Below the pieces are notes generated by a model. The model worked only from the letters and a program-made list of their open reading frames with translations, ran no database searches and had not been told where the DNA came from. From Candidatus Iainarchaeum sp. (lineage in GTDB: Archaea; Iainarchaeota; Iainarchaeia; Iainarchaeales; JAFCFF01), in contig JAFCFF010000001.1 of the NCBI GenBank assembly GCA_017608775.1, forward strand, positions 1-33,248: a DNA stretch of 33,248 nt, given 5' to 3'. Of the stretch, positions 26,424-33,248 are shown piece after piece; position 1 is the stretch's first letter, and each line of letters opens with the position of its first letter. The translations under genes were made by a program, and so were the position numbers.

Positions 26424-27263
26424 ATGAAGGGAAGTATTTATAATATAGATGGAAAAGTTGTTAGGGAAATTGAACTTCCAAAGGTCTTTGAAACAGAATA
26501 CAATCCTGTTCTTATAAGAAAGGTGGTTAATTTCCTGGAAACCCACAGACTCCAAAGAAAAGGAGCAAGCCATAGAGCTGGAAGAGACTATGTCATAGAA
26601 TATGTTGGAAGAAGACATCTTCCGCACAGCATTATAAGTAGAGATATAGCAAGAAGGAAAAAAACAAAGGAAAGAAGAAGTTTAATTCTTGGGAGGGCTA
26701 CAGGGACAGCTGGAACAAGAGGAGGACCAAAGGCACATCCGCTGAGGCCAGAAAAAAAACCATGGAAAAAAATAAACAAAAAAGAAATAATAAAGGCAAG
26801 AAAGAGTGCCATAGCGGCAACAGCCCTAAAGGAAAGAGTAAGGGAAAGAGGACATCTTTTTAGAAAAGAGTTGAGGTTTCCAATAATCGTTGAAAGTGGT
26901 TTTGAGAATTTAAAAAAAAGCAAGGACTTCAAAAAACTTTTGAGAGGTTTGGGTGTTGAGGAAGATGTTGAAAGAGCAAAAAAAAGAAAGGTTGAAAGGG
27001 CAGGAAAGGGAAAGATGAGAGGGAGAAGATACAAAAGAAAGAAAAGCCTGCTTGTTGTTGTAAGTGAAGAAGGAAAGAACATTGAAAAAGCTGCAAGAAA
27101 CTTAGAGGGTGTTGATGTTGTTCCGGCTAAAAAATTGAGTGTAAGAGAGCTTGCCCCAGGAACCATGGCAGGTAGGCTAACGTTATGGAGTGAGGAAACT
27201 ATAAAATTGTTTGGGAAAAAGAAAGCAGAGAAGTTAAAAGAAACAAACAAGCAGAAAAGGTGA
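26424..27263 (+). CDS. rpl4: 50S ribosomal protein uL4
   Basis: LPKVFET, GTRGGPKAHP, RAGKGKMRGRRY, LAPGTMAGRLTLWSE. Confidence 0.96.
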   Translation: MKGSIYNIDGKVVREIELPKVFETEYNPVLIRKVVNFLETHRLQRKGASHRAGRDYVIEYVGRRHLPHSIISRDIARRKKTKERRSLILGRATGTAGTRGGPKAHPLRPEKKPWKKINKKEIIKARKSAIAATALKERVRERGHLFRKELRFPIIVESGFENLKKSKDFKKLLRGLGVEEDVERAKKRKVERAGKGKMRGRRYKRKKSLLVVVSEEGKNIEKAARNLEGVDVVPAKKLSVRELAPGTMAGRLTLWSEETIKLFGKKKAEKLKETNKQKR

Positions 27264-27267
27264 AAAA

Positions 27268-27519
27268 ATGGAAGTAATTAAGTATGCTTTGATGAGTGAA
27301 AAAGCACTTGGGATGGTTGACAGGGAAAACAAGATTACTTTTATTGTTGATATGAATGCAAAAAAAGAGGAGATTAGGAAAGAGGTTGAGAAATTAACAG
27401 GAGCAAGGGTTGTTAAGATAAATGTTATTATAGATAGAAAATCAAGGAAAAAAGCGGTTGTTAAGTTTGACAAAAGCGTAAATGCCCAAGATATAGCAGC
27501 AAAGGTAGGCTTGATATAA
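27268..27519 (+). CDS. rpl23: 50S ribosomal protein uL23
   Basis: SEKA, ENKITFIVD, KKAVVK, DIAAKVGLI; synteny. Confidence 0.95.
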   Translation: MEVIKYALMSEKALGMVDRENKITFIVDMNAKKEEIRKEVEKLTGARVVKINVIIDRKSRKKAVVKFDKSVNAQDIAAKVGLI

Positions 27520-27534
27520 CTTTATGGTGAGAGG

Positions 27535-28263
27535 ATGGGAACAAGAATAACAACTAGGAAAAGAGGCAGAGCCGGAAGAGTTTACAGAGCAAAGAGTCAT
27601 GCCTTCAAGTCAAGGGTTTCCTATCCAACATACAGCAAAGAACAAAAAACAAACAAAGAAATTGGGAGCATTGTTGATATTATAAAAGACCCCTCAAAAA
27701 CCTCTGCGATGGCGAAAATAGAAATGTATGACGGAAGAGTGTTTTTCATACCTGCTGCAGAGGGGATTTTCGTTGGAAAGAAAATAGAGATAGGAAAAAA
27801 AGCAGATCTTGTGTTGGGAAATATTTTGTCTTTGAGGGACATCAATGAAGGCATGCCTATATTTAACGTGGAGTTAAAACCAGGAGATGGAGGAAAGATA
27901 ATAAGAAGTTCTGGTGCCTATGGTTTGGTTATCTCAAAAGATAAAAACTATGCTTATGTGAAACTTCCATCAAAAAGAAAAATAGCCCTAAACCTAGACT
28001 CAAGAGCAACGATAGGTGTTGTGTCTAGCGGCGGAAGAACAGATAAACCCTTACTCAAGGCAGGAAATGCGTTTTATAAAAAGAAGAGAAAAAGGAGCTT
28101 GCTTTGGCCAAGGGTAAGGGGAGTTGCCATGAATGTTTATGACCACCCTTATGGAGGACAGGAGCACAGCCCTGGTAAAAGTAAAAGCGTTAGCAGACAC
28201 GCTCCTCCTGGAAGAAAGGTTGGGGACATAGCATCAAAAAGAACCGGAAGGAGGAAAAAATAG
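27535..28263 (+). CDS. rpl2: 50S ribosomal protein uL2
   Basis: PGDGGKIIRSSG, WPRVRGVAMN..DHPYGG, PPGRKVG. Confidence 0.97.
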   Translation: MGTRITTRKRGRAGRVYRAKSHAFKSRVSYPTYSKEQKTNKEIGSIVDIIKDPSKTSAMAKIEMYDGRVFFIPAAEGIFVGKKIEIGKKADLVLGNILSLRDINEGMPIFNVELKPGDGGKIIRSSGAYGLVISKDKNYAYVKLPSKRKIALNLDSRATIGVVSSGGRTDKPLLKAGNAFYKKKRKRSLLWPRVRGVAMNVYDHPYGGQEHSPGKSKSVSRHAPPGRKVGDIASKRTGRRKK

Positions 28264-28273
28264 GTGGTGTGTT

Positions 28274-28669
28274 ATGGCTAAGGAAAAATTTATGGGAAAA
28301 ACTCAGGAAGAGATGAAAAAAATAAGTTTTGAGGAATTTCTAAAAATGATAAATGCAAGGGCAAGAAGAAGCCTGAAAAAGGGAAAATACCTGCCATTGG
28401 AAAAGAAAATAGAAAAGGGGAAGAAAATGTTAGAGGAGGGAAAACAGCCAAAGCCGATAAGAACTCACAGAAGAGACAAGATAATAACCCCAAACATGCT
28501 TGGCCTGAAATTTGCTATATATAACGGAAAGGAGTTTGTTGTTAGAGAGATTAATGTTGAGATGCTTGGGCACTATCTTGGGGAATTTGCCTTAACAAGA
28601 GAGTTTGTAAAACACGGCAAAGCAGGTATAGGAGCAACAAGAAGCTCTAAGGCAACTGAAAGAAAGTGA
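28274..28669 (+). CDS. rps19: 30S ribosomal protein uS19
   Basis: IRTHRRD, YNGKEF, MLGHYLGEFALTR, GIGATRSS. Confidence 0.97.
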   Translation: MAKEKFMGKTQEEMKKISFEEFLKMINARARRSLKKGKYLPLEKKIEKGKKMLEEGKQPKPIRTHRRDKIITPNMLGLKFAIYNGKEFVVREINVEMLGHYLGEFALTREFVKHGKAGIGATRSSKATERK

Positions 28670-28674
28670 TTTTT

Positions 28675-29259
28675 ATGGGTTACAACTATCCGACACTTGA
28701 GCAGCTAGAAAAGAAAAAGAAAATCGCAAAGGCAAAATCAAGGAACGCACCAATATCATTTAAATTTTCAGTTGAGCTTGCAAGAGAAATAAAGGGAAGA
28801 AAATATTCCTCAGTCCTGAAATTCATAGAGAGAATAATTAAGAAAGAAGAGCATCTTCCGATAAGAAAGTTTAGGAAGAAGGTAGCTCATAGAAAGGGAG
28901 AGGCAAAGTCAAAGGTAAAATCAGGCAGATATCCGATAAGAGTTGCAAGAGTTTGGAAAAAACTCTTAGAAAGCGCAGAGAAAAACGCAGACGCTCTAGG
29001 TCTGGATATAAAAAATCTTTATGTTTTACATGCATTTACGTCAAAGGGATTGAGAAGAATAACAATACAAAAAAAAGGAAGAATGAGATACAGAAGGAAA
29101 AAAGCATGCCATATCGAGATTATTCTTGAGGAAAGAACTGAGGAAAAAAAGGAGAAGAAAGAAGCTAAGCTAAAAACGCGAGAAGATAAGAAAACCAAGG
29201 AAAGAAAAGAAAAAACAGAAAGAAAAATTAAGAAAGAAAGTGGTGAAAAAAATGATTGA
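28675..29259 (+). CDS. rpl22: 50S ribosomal protein uL22 with charged C-terminal tail
   Basis: PISFKFSVELAREIKG, GRYP, SAEKNA, HIEIILEE; ATG 28675. Confidence 0.95.
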   Translation: MGYNYPTLEQLEKKKKIAKAKSRNAPISFKFSVELAREIKGRKYSSVLKFIERIIKKEEHLPIRKFRKKVAHRKGEAKSKVKSGRYPIRVARVWKKLLESAEKNADALGLDIKNLYVLHAFTSKGLRRITIQKKGRMRYRRKKACHIEIILEERTEEKKEKKEAKLKTREDKKTKERKEKTERKIKKESGEKND

Positions 29260-29998
29260 GAGGAAAATCTTGAAGGGAAGATTAAGAGATATTCAGATAG
29301 AAAACTTTCTAAAAGAAGAGTTAAAAAGATCGGGTTGTACGCATATTTCAATAGAGAAAACGCCACTTGTCACAAGGATTGTTCTTTACTTGGCAAGGCC
29401 TGGACTAGCCATAGGAAAAAAAGGAGGGAATATCACAAAGCTAAATGAAAAGCTAAGAAGAGATTTCAACATTGAAAATCCACAGATAGAGATAGAACAG
29501 ATAAGTCCTTTTGATGCACAATATACCGCAGATAGAATTGCCAGTGTCCTTGAATCTGGAAGAAGATGGAGAGGGTTTATACATAAGGTTATAAAAGAGA
29601 CGATGGAAAAAGGAGCTCAGGGAATTGAAATAAAGTTGAAAGGAGTTATCGCAGGAAAGGGACAGAGAAAGAGACAGTCAAGGTTTCATGCCGGATATAT
29701 CAAAAAAGTTGGAAATATGAGGCTCTTGGTAGACCATGGGGCGACAGATGCAATAACAAAGGCAGGAATTATAGGTGTTAAGGTTGCGATAGTTTATCCA
29801 GAGGTTATATTTCCAGACAAGATAAACTTGGATGAAAAGATAAAGATAATAAAAACAGAGGAGATTGAAAAAAAGATAGAAGAAAGAGAAAAAGATAAAA
29901 TCGTTGAGGCCAAGAAGGAAGAAGAAAAACAAACAAAAAAGAGAACAAAAAAAACCTCTGAGAAAAAAGAAGGTGGTGAAAAGAGTGAAATGGCATAA
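29252..29998 (+). CDS. rps3: 30S ribosomal protein uS3
   Basis: RPGLAIGKKG KH loop, GAQGIEI, GYIKKVG, GIIGVKV; ATG 29252. Confidence 0.96.
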   Translation: MIERKILKGRLRDIQIENFLKEELKRSGCTHISIEKTPLVTRIVLYLARPGLAIGKKGGNITKLNEKLRRDFNIENPQIEIEQISPFDAQYTADRIASVLESGRRWRGFIHKVIKETMEKGAQGIEIKLKGVIAGKGQRKRQSRFHAGYIKKVGNMRLLVDHGATDAITKAGIIGVKVAIVYPEVIFPDKINLDEKIKIIKTEEIEKKIEEREKDKIVEAKKEEEKQTKKRTKKTSEKKEGGEKSEMA

Positions 29999-30347
29999 GT
30001 TAAGAGAAAAAAACGCAGAGGAGCTTGATAAGGAGCTCTCAAACTTAAAAAAAGAACTAGCAAAGGAAAGAGCTTCCCTTGCAGCAGGAACAAGACCTGA
30101 AAAACCAGGCAGGATAAGGCACTTAAGAAGAACAATAGCAAGAATACTTACAATAAAAAGAGAAAAGGAATTAGAAGAAATAAAAAGAGCGGTTGTAAAG
30201 GACAGAAAGAAAGAGGAGAAAAAAAAGGAGGGGAAAAAAAGAAAAATGACTCTGGAAAAAAAAGGGGTTGTTGAAAAAAATCTCTTAAAAAAAGACAAAA
30301 AGAAAGATGTTAAAACTAAGAAAAGTGGAGGTGTTAAAAAGAAATGA
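29985..30347 (+). CDS. rpl29: 50S ribosomal protein uL29 with long Lys-rich tail (GTG start)
   Basis: LREKNAEEL..L..LKKEL..PGRIRHLRRTIARILT; SD GGTGGTGA 5 nt before GTG 29985. Confidence 0.92.
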   Translation: MKWHKLREKNAEELDKELSNLKKELAKERASLAAGTRPEKPGRIRHLRRTIARILTIKREKELEEIKRAVVKDRKKEEKKKEGKKRKMTLEKKGVVEKNLLKKDKKKDVKTKKSGGVKKK

Positions 30348-30652
30348 AAGAAACATGTCCTATATGCGGACTTCCAAAGGAACTTTGCATGTGTAAGGAA
30401 ATAACAAAAGAGGGGGGTTTGGTGACAATAAAGGTTGAAAGAAGAAAAAAACACAAGCTTGTTACGATAATTCAGGGTTTGGATGAATCTCTCTTGAAAG
30501 ATGTTGAAAAGGAACTGAAAAGAAAATTAGCCTGTGGCGGAACAATAAAAGATAGGGAAATAGAGTTGAGAGGAAACCATGCCCAAAAAATAAAGGAGTT
30601 TCTTCTTGGTAGGGGGTTTAGAGAAGAAAATATTTTTGTTACGGGGATTTAG
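30344..30652 (+). CDS. sui1: Translation initiation factor aIF1 (SUI1)
   Basis: CPICGLPKELCMC, LKRKLACGGT, IELRGNH. Confidence 0.96.
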   Translation: MKETCPICGLPKELCMCKEITKEGGLVTIKVERRKKHKLVTIIQGLDESLLKDVEKELKRKLACGGTIKDREIELRGNHAQKIKEFLLGRGFREENIFVTGI

Positions 30653-30895
30653 ATGTTTAAGGAAGTTCTTGAGGGAAGAAGAGTAAAGATATTAGAAACA
30701 AGCGATAGAGGGAAGAAGGGCTTAGAGGGAAAAGTTACAAGAGAGTTAAAAAACGAAATTGAGATAAAAACTGGGAAAAATGTAAAAAAAATCAACAAGG
30801 GGGAGATTTTTCTTATGAGTGTTTTTGTTAGAAGAAAAAAACTAAGTATAAAAGGAGAGGAAATAGCTCCATCTCTGGAGGAAAGGCTTAGATAA
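30653..30895 (+). CDS. rnp1: Ribonuclease P protein component 1 (Rpp29/Pop4), compact and diverged
   Basis: Syntenic slot between sui1 and rps17; GLEGKV..E.KN.IEI, G..I...EERL pattern. Confidence 0.75.
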   Translation: MFKEVLEGRRVKILETSDRGKKGLEGKVTRELKNEIEIKTGKNVKKINKGEIFLMSVFVRRKKLSIKGEEIAPSLEERLR

Positions 30896-30920
30896 AACAA
30901 AGATTGTGCAGGGTGAAAAA

Positions 30921-31187
30921 ATGAAAAAAAAGTTTGTGTCAAGAGGAACAAGGTTGGAGGGGATTGTTATATCAACAAAGGCACCAAAAACAGCAATTGT
31001 TGAGAGAAAGATGATGAGGTTTTTTCCAAAGTACGAAAGATATAGTTATGTGAGAAAAAGAATTGCTGCACATATTCCAGAAAACATAAAAGTTAAGGAG
31101 GGAGACAGGGTTGTTCTGGAGGAAACAAGAAGAATATCCAAGATAAAAAGTTTTATTATAACAAAGGTGGTTGGTGAGGAAAAATGA
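30921..31187 (+). CDS. rps17: 30S ribosomal protein uS17 (N-terminally short)
   Basis: RG..LEGIVIS.K..KTAIV, PKYERY, AHIP, GDRV..ETRRISK; SD GGGTGA before ATG 30921. Confidence 0.95.
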   Translation: MKKKFVSRGTRLEGIVISTKAPKTAIVERKMMRFFPKYERYSYVRKRIAAHIPENIKVKEGDRVVLEETRRISKIKSFIITKVVGEEK

Positions 31188-31582
31188 GAGCAATTGGAGC
31201 AAAGCCAACAAAGACTCTTAGCATAAAAACAAGGTTTGAGATAACAGACAACTCAGGAGGGAAAGAGGCAGAGCTCATAGCGGTAAGAGGATTTAAGGGG
31301 AAAAAAAGAACAAAACCAAAAGCAGGGATCGCATCAATGGTTTTCATAGCAATAAAAAAGGGAAAGCCAGAGCTTAGAAAAAAGGTAGAGAGAGCTGTTG
31401 TTGTTAGGACAAAAAAAGAGTATATGAGAAAAACAGGAATAAGAGTTAAGTTTGAGGATAACGCAGTGGTTTTGGTTGACGAAAAGGGAATTCCAAAAGC
31501 CTCAGAGATAAAGGGGGCAATTGCAAAAGAGTCGGCAGAAAGGTTTCCTAAATTAGCAGGAATTGCCTCTGTGATTGTTTAG
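31184..31582 (+). CDS. rpl14: 50S ribosomal protein uL14
   Basis: DNSGGK, KKGKPELRK, VKFEDNAVV, IKGAIAKESAERF. Confidence 0.97.
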   Translation: MRAIGAKPTKTLSIKTRFEITDNSGGKEAELIAVRGFKGKKRTKPKAGIASMVFIAIKKGKPELRKKVERAVVVRTKKEYMRKTGIRVKFEDNAVVLVDEKGIPKASEIKGAIAKESAERFPKLAGIASVIV

Positions 31583-31591
31583 GTGATTTTT

Positions 31592-31936
31592 ATGAAAACA
31601 AAGAAAAAAACAAAAAGTAAAAAACCAGGCAAGCAAAGACTTTATCTGAGAAAAATGCCGGTACATAGGAGAAAGGATATCCTAAAAGCACACCTAAGCA
31701 GGGAACTAAAAAAAGAAATTGGGAAAAGAAGTCATGTTGTTAGAAAGACAGATGTTGTTGTGATAATGAGAGGGGAAAGAAAAGGAAAGAAAGGAAAGGT
31801 TGTTGCAGTAAACAGAAAAAGTGGCTTTATTCACGTAGAGGGAATAACAAAGAAAAAGTCGGGCGGCAGAGAAGTCTTTGTCCCTATAAAGGCCTCAAAC
31901 TTAAAGATAGTAGAGTTGGGAAAGGTGGGTAAATGA
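31592..31936 (+). CDS. rpl24: 50S ribosomal protein uL24
   Basis: SKKPGKQR, AHLSREL, V.IMRG..KG..GKV, PIKASNL; ATG 31592. Confidence 0.95.
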   Translation: MKTKKKTKSKKPGKQRLYLRKMPVHRRKDILKAHLSRELKKEIGKRSHVVRKTDVVVIMRGERKGKKGKVVAVNRKSGFIHVEGITKKKSGGREVFVPIKASNLKIVELGKVGK

Positions 31937-32622
31937 GTAAAAAAGGTTTCCGAAGAGGTAAAAAAAGGTTGCTTTTGCAAAGGGTTAGAGGAATAGGGAA
32001 AAAAATGTTTAAGTGGGTTTTGGGCTCAGTTCCTGGTCCACACTCAAAAAAAAGTTCTTTGCCGTTGGGAGTTTTCTTAAGAGATATACTCAGGCTTTCA
32101 AAAAACATTAAAGAAACAAAATATATTTTGAATAAGGGCATTGTTAAGATAGATGGAGTTGTCAGAAAAGAGTTGAGATTTCCGTTGGGTTTTCAAGATG
32201 TTTTGACGGTTGGTGATAAAACTTACAGGGTTTTGTTTGACAAAAAAATGAACTTTAACTTAGAGGAAATAAAGAAGGAGAAAAATACAAAACTTGTAAA
32301 AATAAAAGGAAAAAAACATGTGGGAAAAGGAAAAATTCAGCTTACTCTTGGTGATGGAAGAACCGTTTTGGTGGAGAAAAAAGAAAAAGATAAGTTTAAA
32401 ATAGATGACGTTTTAAAGATTGAAATTCCAAAAACAAAAATTTTAGAGCATTATGCCCTCAAAAAAGGAGCAAAGGCACTAGTACTCTCAAAAAAGGTTT
32501 TAGAGGGAGAGATTCAGGAAATAGTTCCTGGAGACAAATATAAAAAATCAATAGTAAAACTTAGGGACAAAAACAAAAAAACTTTTGAAACGATAAAAGA
32601 AAAAGTTTTTGTTATTGGTTAG
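31933..32622 (+). CDS. rps4e: 30S ribosomal protein eS4
   Basis: PGPH, LPLGVFLRDIL, IDGVVRK..FPLGFQDV, DGRT; synteny. Confidence 0.94.
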   Translation: MSKKGFRRGKKRLLLQRVRGIGKKMFKWVLGSVPGPHSKKSSLPLGVFLRDILRLSKNIKETKYILNKGIVKIDGVVRKELRFPLGFQDVLTVGDKTYRVLFDKKMNFNLEEIKKEKNTKLVKIKGKKHVGKGKIQLTLGDGRTVLVEKKEKDKFKIDDVLKIEIPKTKILEHYALKKGAKALVLSKKVLEGEIQEIVPGDKYKKSIVKLRDKNKKTFETIKEKVFVIG

Positions 32623-32631
32623 GTGGTTTGA

Positions 32632-33156
32632 TTGGAAAAAGAAGTCCAGAAAGGAAAAATAGAAAGAATAAGAATTGAAAAACTTACAATAAACATGGGT
32701 GTTGGAGAGCCAGGGGAAAAGCTTGATAAAGCATTTGAGGTATTAAAAGAAATAACAGGGAAAAAACCAGTAAAAACAAAGGCAAAAATAAGAGAGGCAA
32801 AATGGAATATAAGACCTGGTCTGGAAATTGGAGTTAAGGTAACATTAAGAAGAAGGGATGCTGAAGAATTTTTGAAAAGGGTTTTTAAGGCAAAGGACAA
32901 CAAAGTAAGGGGCAAGAGTTTTGATAGTTTTGGAAACCTAAGTCTTGGAATTGAGGAGCATATTGATCTTCCGGGTACAAAATACAACCCTAAACTTGGA
33001 ATTTATGGTATGGATGTTTCAGTAAGTTTTAGGAAGCCTGGATATAGAATTTCAAAAAGAAAGTTAAAAAGAGGAAAGATTGGAAAAAAACAAAGGACAA
33101 CAAAGGGAGAAGCAATTTCCTTTTTAAGAGAGAGGTTTGGTGTGGAGATTGTTTAG
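32632..33156 (+). CDS. rpl5: 50S ribosomal protein uL5 (TTG start)
   Basis: IEKLTINMGVGE, IGVKVTLR, FDSFGNLSLGIEEHID.PG.KY.P..GIYGMD. Confidence 0.97.
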   Translation: MEKEVQKGKIERIRIEKLTINMGVGEPGEKLDKAFEVLKEITGKKPVKTKAKIREAKWNIRPGLEIGVKVTLRRRDAEEFLKRVFKAKDNKVRGKSFDSFGNLSLGIEEHIDLPGTKYNPKLGIYGMDVSVSFRKPGYRISKRKLKRGKIGKKQRTTKGEAISFLRERFGVEIV

Positions 33157-33175
33157 GTAAAATTTGGGTGAAATT

Positions 33176-33248
33176 ATGGAAGAAGAAACATTAAGGAAAT
33201 TAAAAACAAAAAATATTGGAAGAAGAAAATGGCTTTTGAAAAGAAAAA
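33176..33248 (+). CDS. Partial CDS, by synteny probably uS14
   Basis: SD GGGTGA then ATG: MEEETLRKLKTKNIGRRKWLLKRK..., truncated by window end; identity rests on position after rpl5 only. Confidence 0.5.
   Translation, partial: MEEETLRKLKTKNIGRRKWLLKRK

Noticed and set aside
25941..30454. Long minus-strand ORFs (228, 220 and 258 aa)
   Set aside because: Phe/Ser/Leu-rich shadows of Lys/Glu-rich ribosomal protein genes; no SD, promoter or motif

Overview
Archaeal chromosomal segment. Split RpoB''/B' and RpoA'/A'', eL30, eS4, EF-1a/EF-2, BRE/TATA promoters and a BHB-intron tRNA make it archaeal. The low GC, Lys-rich and fast-evolving informational proteins suggest a DPANN-type lineage, possibly Iainarchaeota/Diapherotrites; this is inference only. 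The first ~9 kb is mixed: a diadenylate-cyclase-domain protein, four tRNAs (Glu-CTC, Thr-GGT, Pro-TGG, intron-containing Tyr-GTA), a NUDIX hydrolase, an MBL-fold hydrolase, purF, a prenyl diphosphate synthase, dph6 and taw1. It also holds three small genes the ORF track missed: a rubredoxin-like protein with an acidic tail, a double Zn-knuckle protein, and a 20-aa Lys/Arg peptide with its own promoter, SD and terminator. The remaining ~24 kb is the RNA polymerase/str cluster, then archease, two orphans and rtcB, then the S10-spc ribosomal protein cluster. Most notable: the protamine-like micro-gene, an apparent ACG start codon for rps7, and substitutions at normally near-invariant sites (uS12 DLPG->DLWG, RNAP trigger loop TFH->TKH, NusA without GxxG loops, RtcB terminal Lys). 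No CRISPR array, integrase or transposase was seen.
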